Source: an uncultured Dictyoglomota bacterium (GTDB taxonomy: Bacteria > Dictyoglomota > Dictyoglomia > Dictyoglomales > Dictyoglomaceae). From it: a DNA stretch of 35,456 nucleotides. The stretch covers positions 1 to 35,456 of the forward strand of contig CAZZIO010000033.1 in the NCBI GenBank assembly GCA_964654465.1. Reading direction: 5' to 3'. Both the position numbers and the translations under genes were made by a program. Below, piece after piece: positions 1 to 8,278 of this stretch (the first letter of the stretch is position 1; each line of letters starts with the position of its first letter). Under the pieces are notes generated by a model that did no database searches, was not told the origin of the DNA, and saw nothing but the letters and a program-made list of their open reading frames with translations.

Positions 1-311
1 GCCCAGTTCTTTCCTACCCATCCTGCTGGTGGCTCTTCATGTAAAGACACTACCTTTACATTAAATCTTCTTGCTACCTCTTCTGTATTATCCTCAGAAT
101 TGTCATTTACGACTATGATTTCATAAGGTCTGTAAGTTTGCCTTTCAAGAAGAGAAAGAAGCTTGGGAAGATTTCTCTCTTCATTTCTTGCAGGGATTAT
201 AACAGAGATCTTATAGTCTCTTGATATCAGGCTTTCCCTCTTAAGAAATTTAAGAGTCTTATAGTATAACCAACCTATTCCCCAAGAAATTATAATTATA
301 ATTTCTTTCAT
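1..311 (-). CDS. Glycosyltransferase family 2 (CrtQ-like), 5' part only; runs off the window
   Basis: Not in the ORF track. Manual translation from ATG 311: MKEIIIIISWGIGWLYYK...KISVIIPARNEERNLPKLL...YEIIVVNDNSEDNT...EEPPAGWVGKNWA. SVIIPARNEE and VVNDNSED are GT2 motifs; PxGWxGKNWA is typical of CrtQ-like GT2s. Confidence 0.88.
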   Translation of the reverse strand, partial: MKEIIIIISWGIGWLYYKTLKFLKRESLISRDYKISVIIPARNEERNLPKLLSLLERQTYRPYEIIVVNDNSEDNTEEVARRFNVKVVSLHEEPPAGWVGKNW

Positions 312-319
312 TTTTTCAG

Positions 320-328
320 ATTATAGCA
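320..328 (-). promoter_or_regulatory. Extended -10 element (TGCTATAAT) for the GT2 gene
   Basis: Minus strand reads TGCTATAAT-CTGAAAAA-ATG. Confidence 0.55.
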
Positions 329-459
329 TTTTTTTGTGTTTTTAAAAAATTAAAATAAGTATTATAATAGATCATAAAAGGTTAAAAATTTATTAAAATA
401 CTTGGGGGGTGTCTTATGAGTAAAAAGAGAGTATTTTCCATCTTTTAATCCTATTTTTA

Positions 460-1572
460 ATGTTAATTTTTGTAACAAACATTGGTGCGCAAACGAAAAA
501 AGTAAGACTTAGTATTATAGATGTGGCAGGAAATTTACAACTTACTAAAGATGCTATAGAGGCCTTTAAATTAGCTCATCCTGATTTAGTAGAGGATATT
601 GAGTATTTGAAGGCCACCGCTCCAGAACTTCCAGCAAAAATAAAGGCGCAACAGATGGCAGGAAATGTAACTACTACTATGGTACTTACTGGCTATGATG
701 CTATGGCCTCTGGTTTGGAGATGGGACTTTGGGAAAATATCTATCCAACCTATAAGCAATATTTTCCTGGCCTTGAAACCAAGTATCTTCCTGGAGCAAA
801 AGCGGCCTTTGATCTCTTCCAAGGATATGGAATAGTAGTAGTATATTGCCCCGGAGGACCAATGTTTACCTATAATCCTGAGAAATTAAAGAAGGTACCT
901 CAAACAGCTGAAGAACTTCTTGAGTGGGCAAAGGCAAATCCTGGTAAATTTATGTATGCAAGGCCTGCAAACTCTGGACCAGGAAGATGCTTATTGCAAG
1001 GATTGCCCTACATATTAGGTGATAAAGATCCTAAAAATCCAAAAACATGGGATAAGACATGGGCATATCTAAAAGAGCTTGATAAGTATATAGATTATTA
1101 TCCTACAGGTACTGCGATTACTTTTAGAGCTTTAGCAGAGGGAAGTGTTTATATTATTGCAAGCCATCTTGGTTGGGATATGAATCAAAGGATATTGGGA
1201 GTAATTCCTCAAACCTTCAAGGATTTCTTCTTGAAAAATACTACTTGGGTAACAGATGCGCATTTTATGTGTATGCCAAAAGGATTAGATGAAAATCGCA
1301 AAAAAGCTACACTTCAACTTATGGCATGGCTTTTAAGACCAGAAATGCAAGCTTTAACATATGATAATGGATATTTCTATCCTGGTCCAGCTATAAAAAA
1401 TGTTCCTCTTAGTAAGGCTCCAGCCGAAATTCAAGAAAAGATTAAATCTGCCATGAGGAAAGAATATGAAGATGCTATAAGAAAATTCCCATCAACTACC
1501 CAACTTGGAGCAAAAGAATTAGTAGAGGCTTTTGATATGTGGGATAGATTAGTAGGATCAAAAGTAAAGTGA
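460..1572 (+). CDS. ABC transporter substrate-binding protein, PotD/AfuA-like, substrate unknown; true start probably ATG 416, cut off by a 1-nt frameshift
   Basis: First gene of an SBP-ATPase-permease-permease operon; motifs PQTAEELLEWAKANPGKFMYARPANSGPG and YFYPGP. The SD GGGGGG precedes ATG 416, whose frame stops after 10 codons; adding one base restores a full signal peptide. Confidence 0.85.
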   Translation: MLIFVTNIGAQTKKVRLSIIDVAGNLQLTKDAIEAFKLAHPDLVEDIEYLKATAPELPAKIKAQQMAGNVTTTMVLTGYDAMASGLEMGLWENIYPTYKQYFPGLETKYLPGAKAAFDLFQGYGIVVVYCPGGPMFTYNPEKLKKVPQTAEELLEWAKANPGKFMYARPANSGPGRCLLQGLPYILGDKDPKNPKTWDKTWAYLKELDKYIDYYPTGTAITFRALAEGSVYIIASHLGWDMNQRILGVIPQTFKDFFLKNTTWVTDAHFMCMPKGLDENRKKATLQLMAWLLRPEMQALTYDNGYFYPGPAIKNVPLSKAPAEIQEKIKSAMRKEYEDAIRKFPSTTQLGAKELVEAFDMWDRLVGSKVK

Positions 1573-1584
1573 ATAATAGGATGG

Positions 1585-1612
1585 AAGGGGAGGATTATCT
1601 CCTCCCCTTTTT
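1585..1612 (+). terminator. Hairpin with T-tract after the SBP gene (partial terminator or mRNA stabiliser)
   Basis: AAGGGGAGGA-ttatc-TCCTCCCCTT followed by TTT. Confidence 0.7.
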
Positions 1613-1643
1613 GAAAATATGAAATCAGGGTAAGGGGGATAGA

Positions 1644-2752
1644 ATGAAGGATTTTAAGGAAATTAAAATTCAAAATCTTGTAAAATATTATGGCAACAGA
1701 AAGGTTGTGGATAGTTTTAGTTTAACTATCGAAAATGGTGAATTTATTACTCTTTTAGGACCATCTGGGTGTGGAAAAACTACTATTTTAAATTCAATAG
1801 CAGGGTTAATACCTATTGATGGTGGAAGTATATACATAGATGATGAATGTATAGATGATGGAAAGAGATTTGTACCACCTGAAAAGAGAAACTTTGGGAT
1901 GGTTTTTCAAAATTATGCCCTTTTTCCTCATCTTACAGTTTTTGAAAATGTAGCTTTTGGACTTAGAATTAGAAAAATTCCAGCTTCAGAGATAAAAGAG
2001 AGGGTTATTAAGGCTTTAAGATTGGTTCATTTAGAGGAGCATGTTGATAAGTATCCAAGACAGCTATCTGGTGGTGAACAACAGAGGACTGCCTTAGCTC
2101 GTTGTATAGTAACAGAACCTCGTCTTATGTTGCTTGATGAGCCTCTTTCCAACCTTGATGCCCTTCTCAGAATTGAGATGAGGTATGAATTAAAAGCCAT
2201 TCATGAGAAATTAGGTATTACTACTATATATGTAACTCATGATCAGCAGGAAGCATTAGCACTTTCTGATAGAATAGTAGTGTTAAATAAGGGGAGGATT
2301 CAACAAATTGGTACTCCAGAAGAAATATATTCATATCCAAGGAATTTATTTGTAGCTCATTTTTTAGGATTTAGAAATATATGGAATGTGGATGTAATCC
2401 ATGTAAAGAATGGAGGAATAGAGTTTAAATTAGGAGATTTTGTTTTAAATGCAGTATTAAATGAGAAATACAAAGAACACGTTCTTAATTCTATTAGGGA
2501 TAAAAAGAAACTTTATATTTCTATAAGACCAGAAGATATAAAGATAGGAGAAGGACCTAGTAATTCCTTAGAGATGAGGATTGAGGTTATAGAATATTTG
2601 GGCAGGTAAGACAGCTTTGGGGATACTTAAATGGTAATTTACGTATTGAAATATCTACTATTGAAAAGGTAGTGCTTAATCCAGGGGATAAGATTAATAT
2701 ATATATTCCTCCTGAGAGAATTCTTGTTTTTCCTGAGGAGGATGTCCAATGA
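1644..2752 (+). pseudogene. ABC ATPase (PotA/MalK-like) frameshifted near 2600-2602; ORF 1644..2609 lacks the end of the TOBE domain
   Basis: Walker A GPSGCGKT, signature LSGGEQQR, Walker B LLDEP, H-loop VTHD. After TTG GG the shifted frame reads QVRQLWGYLNGNLRIEISTIEKVVLNPGDKINIYIPPERILVFPEEDVQ* and ends at TGA 2750-2752, overlapping the next ATG (ATGA). Confidence 0.85.
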
Positions 2753-3609
2753 AAAAGAGAGAATTTTTAACAGTATTTTTATTGCTTTTACCTGTGCTTA
2801 TATATTTTATTTTCCTTTTTATCTATCCCTTTATATATGGTCTTCTTTTAAGCTTAACTAATGATGAAGGAAAATTTACCTTTGCAAATTTTATTAAATT
2901 TTTATCTGATCCTTGGGATGCTAATACTATATGGATTACTTTAAAGATAGCTATACCTGCTACTTTATTGAATGTATTAATAGCTATGCCTCTTGCCTAC
3001 TATATGCGTCATGGAATAAAGGGAGAAAAATTAATATCTTTTCTTTTGATTTTACCCATTACATTAGGGAGTGTTTTTGTGGCAGAAGGTATGCTTACTT
3101 ATATGGGACCAAACGGTTGGCTTAATAAGATATTATTAGCATTAAAAATAATTGATAAGCCTTATAGATTTACTCATAGTTATTTAGGAGTACTTCTTGC
3201 ATTGATAATTCAAGGTTTTCCCTTTGTATTTTTAATGCTTTTAGGATATATATCTGGAATTGATCCTACCTTAGAGAAGGCTGCAAGTATACTTGGTGCA
3301 AATAGATGGTATATATTTAGAAGAATTATATTCCCTCTTTGGATGCCAGGAATATCAATGGCTACCGCTTTGAATTTTGTTATGAACTTTACAGTTTTTC
3401 CTTCTGCTGTGTTATTAGGTCAACCATCTGGGCCTACAAGGGTAATTTCTATAGCAGCTTACCAATGGGCTTTTGAAAAATTTGATTTTCATATGGCATC
3501 TGCTATTGCCATTATTATGGGCTTAGTAGAACTTATCTTTATTCTTATTGTTATGCTTATAAGACAAAGATTTTTCAAAATTGTTGCTACTTCAGGAGGA
3601 AAGGGATAG
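2749..3609 (+). CDS. ABC permease, PotB-like
   Basis: About six hydrophobic segments; EAA loop IDPTLEKAASILGA. Confidence 0.9.
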   Translation: MKKREFLTVFLLLLPVLIYFIFLFIYPFIYGLLLSLTNDEGKFTFANFIKFLSDPWDANTIWITLKIAIPATLLNVLIAMPLAYYMRHGIKGEKLISFLLILPITLGSVFVAEGMLTYMGPNGWLNKILLALKIIDKPYRFTHSYLGVLLALIIQGFPFVFLMLLGYISGIDPTLEKAASILGANRWYIFRRIIFPLWMPGISMATALNFVMNFTVFPSAVLLGQPSGPTRVISIAAYQWAFEKFDFHMASAIAIIMGLVELIFILIVMLIRQRFFKIVATSGGKG

Positions 3610-3626
3610 GAGGGATTTTTTAAATA

Positions 3627-4439
3627 ATGAGAAAGATAAAATTTTCAGGAATCTTATATTGGATAGCCATCTTTGTTTATGTATTTAATGTTTTAGGGAT
3701 AATCTTTACTGTAGTTTTGAATTCTTTAAGTAAAAATTGGTATACAGATTGGTTTCCTAAAATATTTACATTAGAATGGTATTCATATATGGCTAAGGAA
3801 CATGATCTTCCACAGCTTCTTTTTGCCACTTTTGCAGTGGTAATATCTGTAGCTTTGATCTCGCTTCTTATTGGTTATCCTGCTGCGTATATTTTTGCAA
3901 GATATAATTTTAAATTTAAAAATGTTCTTCTATCTCTTCTTCTTGTACCCATGTTGGTACCTCCTATGACCTATGGTATACCTTTAGCGGCCATGCTATA
4001 TAAATTAAGACTTGCTACAAGGATTTCTGGAGTAATTCTTGCTAATTTAGTGCCTATAATTCCATATGTGGTACTCATCTTATATCCCTTTATTGAACAG
4101 ATAGATGTTAGTTATGAGTCTGCTGCAAGAATTTTAGGAGCAAGTAGATTAAGAACCTTTGTTAAGGTATTATTACCTTTAACAGTGCCTGGTATATTTA
4201 CTGCAGCCCTTCTTTCTATTGTAAGAACTATTGCCATGTTTGAGTTGACCTTCTTGGTAGCAGGGCCAAAATCTCAAACAGTTATTGTAGCTCTTTATTA
4301 TGATGCCTATGCAGCTGGGACACGTCCTCCTCAGGCCATAGATGCTCTTGCGGTAGTTTATTTTCTAATTACTGTGACTTTCCTTTTAATAGCTTTAAAA
4401 TTTGCAAGTCCTACCCAATTTGTATATAGGGGTAAATGA
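3627..4439 (+). CDS. ABC permease, PotC-like
   Basis: Hydrophobic; EAA loop IDVSYESAARILGASR. Confidence 0.9.
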   Translation: MRKIKFSGILYWIAIFVYVFNVLGIIFTVVLNSLSKNWYTDWFPKIFTLEWYSYMAKEHDLPQLLFATFAVVISVALISLLIGYPAAYIFARYNFKFKNVLLSLLLVPMLVPPMTYGIPLAAMLYKLRLATRISGVILANLVPIIPYVVLILYPFIEQIDVSYESAARILGASRLRTFVKVLLPLTVPGIFTAALLSIVRTIAMFELTFLVAGPKSQTVIVALYYDAYAAGTRPPQAIDALAVVYFLITVTFLLIALKFASPTQFVYRGK

Positions 4440-4552
4440 TTTACAAATGAGGGGAAGGGAGTAAATTGTGGGGATTTCTATTTACTGAGGGAAACTTGTA
4501 GGTTTTTTAAGAGATAAACATAGGAAATGTGGGTAAAGTAGTAATTCTTAAA

Positions 4553-4919
4553 TTATTTGATAAAGTTAAAAACATCCATTCTTCTTTCGGGAGTTTTATC
4601 TGGGTAATTGTTTGTATATCCCAAGGTTACTGTCCAAAGAGGTTTATATTCTTCTAGTATTCCTATTACTGTATTTGCATGATGAAAGACATTAAAATCT
4701 TCTTTTTAGCTCTTTCTCTAATAAATGCATCCTCAGAGGAAAGCATAATTTGCCTTAAATCTTCATTTATTTTATTTAAAAGGGCTTTATTTTGAATCAC
4801 TGTAAAGAACCATGGTGGAACATTTCTTGCAGAAGGGGCGTAAATGGCGCATTCAAGTATAATTTTTAGTTTTTCTTCTTCAATATAGTTCTTATTGCTT
4901 CATTGTCTAAATTTACCAT
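4553..4919 (-). pseudogene. Nitroreductase family pseudogene with frameshifts and internal deletions
   Basis: SD GGAGG then ATG 4919. Fragments in changing frames: MVNLDNEAIRTILK / IEEEKLKIILECAIYAPSARNVPPWFFTVIQNKALLNKI...RERAK / EDFNVFHHANTVI-GILEEYKPLWTVTLGY...PERRMDVFNFIK*. APSARNxxPW and the C-terminal LGY...PxRR are nitroreductase signatures. Confidence 0.8.
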
Positions 4920-5175
4920 ATTAATTCCTCCTAATTTCAATATTTTTCTATATTTTTAAGGTGAGAAGGAGGAAGCTAACTAAAAAACTGTATTTTCATT
5001 CATTTATAATTATATATCTTATTCTCCTTAATTTAACAATGCATGAAGTATTAAAGGGTGTGGTAATTCCTTTTGAAAGTCCTTTTTTAAATTTTTCCAT
5101 AGGAATAATTAAGGTAGTAAATTGATAATTTTTTGAAAATTGGAAGGGGTAGGAATAAAGAAACCTTAATAAATT

Positions 5176-5204
5176 ATAACCCTCCCAGATTAAGGGAGGG
5201 TTAT
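5176..5204 (-). terminator. Terminator-like hairpin at the end of the beta-glucan operon
   Basis: ATAACCCTCCC-agattaa-GGGAGGGTTAT, 11-bp stem, about 40 nt after the stop at 5242; weak U-tract. Confidence 0.7.
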
Positions 5205-5241
5205 GATATATTTTTGTAAGGGAATTATCATTTATTATAGG

Positions 5242-6075
5242 CTAAAATTTTAAACCTGTCATAGCGATTCCTTTTATTACATATCTTTGAGCAATTAAGA
5301 AGACAATGAGTATAGGAAAGACAACAATAGTTGATCCTGCAAGAATTGTTCCAATGTTTTCTCCATACTGTCCTGCAATAACTGATACTGCAACAGGTAA
5401 TGTGTACATGCTTTCATCAGTTGCTACAATAAGAGGCCAAAGAAAAGAGTTCCATGCTCCAATAAATGCAAAAACAAAAGAAGTTATAAAAAATGGTGTA
5501 GAAAGAGGTAAAATTATTTTAAAATAGATAAAAATTTCGTTTGCTCCATCTATTTTAGCAGACTCTATTAAATCATCAGGTATTCCTTTTATAAATTGTC
5601 TCCAGAAAAATATACTTCCTGCTCCCACAAGACCTGGAATTATAATCCCTTGATATGTATTTAGCATGTTAAGAATTCTTACTATTAAATATGCAGGAAT
5701 CAATGTCATTTGACCCGGAATCATCATAGTAGCTAAAATAAGAAATATTAAAGTATCTCTTCCTCTAAATCTAAATTTAGAAAAGGCGTATCCCGCCATT
5801 GAATTAAGAAGAATAGAAAGAGGTGGTGCAATGGTAACAATAATTAGAGTATTTAAGAGAGGTCTCCAAAAATTTATTCCTTTAAAAAGATCTATATAAT
5901 TTTTAAGGGTAATTTCTGATGGAATGAATTTGGGAGGAATTGTGTATATTTCTCCAGGAGTTTTAAAAGATGTAATAAGCATCCAAAAAAAGGGAGTTGC
6001 GGTAACAATAGAAGCTATAATTAAAAATCCATGAACTAAGATTTGCTGAAGTATACCTACTTTTCTTTTTCTCAT
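5242..6075 (-). CDS. Carbohydrate ABC permease (CUT1, MalG-like)
   Basis: EAA loop IPDDLIESAKIDGA; WNSFLWPLIV; TLPV. Confidence 0.93.
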   Translation of the reverse strand: MRKRKVGILQQILVHGFLIIASIVTATPFFWMLITSFKTPGEIYTIPPKFIPSEITLKNYIDLFKGINFWRPLLNTLIIVTIAPPLSILLNSMAGYAFSKFRFRGRDTLIFLILATMMIPGQMTLIPAYLIVRILNMLNTYQGIIIPGLVGAGSIFFWRQFIKGIPDDLIESAKIDGANEIFIYFKIILPLSTPFFITSFVFAFIGAWNSFLWPLIVATDESMYTLPVAVSVIAGQYGENIGTILAGSTIVVFPILIVFLIAQRYVIKGIAMTGLKF

Positions 6076-6085
6076 ATTTTCACCT

Positions 6086-6961
6086 CTAATCCTGAAAAAC
6101 TCTCATTTTCATTTGAATATAAGTTAGGCCGAAGATCATAACAAATAAAATAAGCGCAACAGAGGAAGCATATCCAAATTCAAAGGCTCTAAAACCTTTT
6201 TGATATAGATATAAAACTATGGAAAGGGTAGAATTTAAGGGTCCTCCTCCTGTTAACATATAAGGTTCTTCAAATAATTGTAAATAGCCAATTCCTAACA
6301 TAACTGATACAAATAGAAGTACTGGTCTTAATCCTGGAAGAGTAATATACCAAAATTGTTGCCATCTATTTGCCCCATCAATTTCAGCTGATTCGTATAA
6401 TTCTTCGGGAATTCCTTGAAGCCCTGCGATAAAAAGGAGCATATTAGGACCTATTGCCTTCCATACTACAAGGGAAACTACTACAAACATTGCCCATCTT
6501 GTATCAGAGAGCCATTCCTGAGGTGGTAATCCAAAAAGTCCTAAAAACCAATTCAAAAGGCCATATTTAGGATTTAATATCCATGACCATACTACCGCTA
6601 TGGCAATAGTACTTGTAACAGATGGAAGATAAATAAGTAGGCGAAAGAAATTTTTAAAATAAGTTTCCTCTCTATTTAAGAGAAATGCAAAAAGCAAAGA
6701 AAAAAAGATAGTTAAAGGATAAGCAAGAATAAAGGCATAAAATGTATTTAGGACTGCTTTCCAAAATAAGTCATCATGCAAGACATCTATAAAATTTTGG
6801 AACCAGATAATTTTTGTTTTACTCCAATCCAAAAAAGAATAGGCATTAAAATCTGTTATGCTTAAAAATAAAGATGTTATTACAGGAAGAACAGTAAAGA
6901 CTAACAAAAGGAGTAAAGATGGACCAATAAATAAAAATATCTCCCAGATTTTATTCTTCAT
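6086..6961 (-). CDS. Carbohydrate ABC permease (CUT1, MalF-like)
   Basis: EAA loop GLQGIPEELYESAEIDGA; QLFEEPYMLTGGGP. Start moved to ATG 6961 (MKNKIWE), because the ORF-track extension runs through an intergenic hairpin and SD. Confidence 0.92.
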   Translation of the reverse strand: MKNKIWEIFLFIGPSLLLLLVFTVLPVITSLFLSITDFNAYSFLDWSKTKIIWFQNFIDVLHDDLFWKAVLNTFYAFILAYPLTIFFSLLFAFLLNREETYFKNFFRLLIYLPSVTSTIAIAVVWSWILNPKYGLLNWFLGLFGLPPQEWLSDTRWAMFVVVSLVVWKAIGPNMLLFIAGLQGIPEELYESAEIDGANRWQQFWYITLPGLRPVLLFVSVMLGIGYLQLFEEPYMLTGGGPLNSTLSIVLYLYQKGFRAFEFGYASSVALILFVMIFGLTYIQMKMRVFQD

Positions 6962-6991
6962 TATATAAAGATACCCCCTTAAAATTAGATA

Positions 6992-7013
6992 GGGGCTGGA
7001 TAATTCCAGCCCC
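6992..7013 (-). other. Intercistronic stem-loop after the SBP gene
   Basis: GGGGCTGGA-taat-TCCAGCCCC; no strong U-tract on the transcribed strand. Confidence 0.65.
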
Positions 7014-7018
7014 ATTCT

Positions 7019-8224
7019 TTACTTCCTCAATATCTTCTGTAGATCCTTGTAAAGAAGTTCTACTCCTTCTTTAACATCTCTATTTCCGAGACATACCTCT
7101 TCTACTCTTCTCCCTAAGGCGGTTTCAATCTTATCCCATTCTGGAACTATAGGTGTAGATTTTGCATCATCTAATTGCTCTCTGAATACCCTTGTTATTG
7201 GGTCGTTAGAAAGTTCAGGCCTATTCCAAACTTCTCTTAGGGCAGGAAGCGATCTTAAAATCTTATACCACTCCAATTGGTTTTCAGATCTTGTCATAAA
7301 CTCTATAAAGCTCCAAGCTTCTTTTTTGTTTTTTGAATCCTTGAATATTACCCAGTTTGATCCTCCTACAAAAGATGTCCTTGTCTTTTTCTTTGGCATT
7401 ATTGAAACTGTCCATTTCCCCGTAATTTTGGGAACCTGCTCCTTTATCATGGAAACCATCCATGGACCTGAAAAGAACATTGGGAGAAGTCCTGATTCAA
7501 AATCTACAAAGACATTTGCCCCACCTTTTGCTACAAGATTTTCTTTGAAGAATCTGGAATAGAATTCTAAAGCTTCTATAAATTCTGGATTCTTAACAAG
7601 GATATTCTTATTCTTGTCAATAATATCTCCACCATTCTGCCAAACGAAGGGCATAAAGTTTGCAGCTTCTGTTGGAGAAAGACCTATTCCTGTTTTCCCT
7701 ACGCCATATTTTTGGGAAAGTTTTTTAATTGCATCATAAAGTTCATCCCATGTATCTGGTGCCTTGTTATATCCTACTTCTTTAAGCATATCTGTTCTAT
7801 AATAAAGTACCCTCACATCTACATACCATGGTACTCCATATACTTTATTGTTATAAACTACAGTTTCCCATGAGCCTGCAAAGAAATTTTCAGGCTTAAC
7901 TACTTTAGATTTAGCAATATAGCTTCCAAGATCCTCAAAAGCTCCCATAGCGGAAAAGGGTGCCATCCAAGTAGTTCCCATCATAGCAAGATCTGGGACC
8001 TGTCTTCCAGCAACTCCTGTTAAGATCTTACTAAAAGCTGCAGTCCATGGAAGAGGTTGGACATCAACTTTTATGCCTGTCTCCTTTGTGAATTTTTCTG
8101 CCATAATGTTTAGATTTTTTGCCTCTTCTCCCATAGCCCAAATTTTTATTGTTTTAACTTGAGAGAGGGAAAAAGAGCTTAAAATTATTAAGAGGATCAT
8201 AATTATTAATAAATTTCTTCTCAT
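7019..8224 (-). CDS. Sugar ABC SBP resembling the beta-1,2-glucooligosaccharide (sophorooligosaccharide)-binding protein of Listeria
   Basis: SPI-type signal peptide. WAMGEE, MGTTWM, YGVPWYxxxRVLYYRTD and PMFxSGPWMV match my recollection of SO-BP (Lin1841); the GH144/GH94 neighbourhood agrees. Confidence 0.85.
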   Translation of the reverse strand: MRRNLLIIMILLIILSSFSLSQVKTIKIWAMGEEAKNLNIMAEKFTKETGIKVDVQPLPWTAAFSKILTGVAGRQVPDLAMMGTTWMAPFSAMGAFEDLGSYIAKSKVVKPENFFAGSWETVVYNNKVYGVPWYVDVRVLYYRTDMLKEVGYNKAPDTWDELYDAIKKLSQKYGVGKTGIGLSPTEAANFMPFVWQNGGDIIDKNKNILVKNPEFIEALEFYSRFFKENLVAKGGANVFVDFESGLLPMFFSGPWMVSMIKEQVPKITGKWTVSIMPKKKTRTSFVGGSNWVIFKDSKNKKEAWSFIEFMTRSENQLEWYKILRSLPALREVWNRPELSNDPITRVFREQLDDAKSTPIVPEWDKIETALGRRVEEVCLGNRDVKEGVELLYKDLQKILRK

Positions 8225-8249
8225 TTCTTACACCCCCAAGGCCTTTTTA

Positions 8250-8272
8250 TAGGGGGGAGTTTCTCCCCCCTA
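8250..8272 (-). other. Intercistronic stem-loop after the GH144-like gene
   Basis: TAGGGGGGAG-ttt-CTCCCCCCTA, 10-bp stem; no U-tract on the minus strand. Confidence 0.65.
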
Positions 8273-8278
8273 AATTTT

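Noticed and set aside
4440-4552. SD-like GGGGAAGGGAG followed by TTG/GTG just after the ABC operon
   Set aside because: Both frames stop within about 12 codons and I recognise no protein; it may be a gene remnant but cannot be supported.
4920-5175. AT-rich gap examined for a riboswitch, sRNA or IS end
   Set aside because: No conserved aptamer motif, terminal inverted repeat or convincing ORF.
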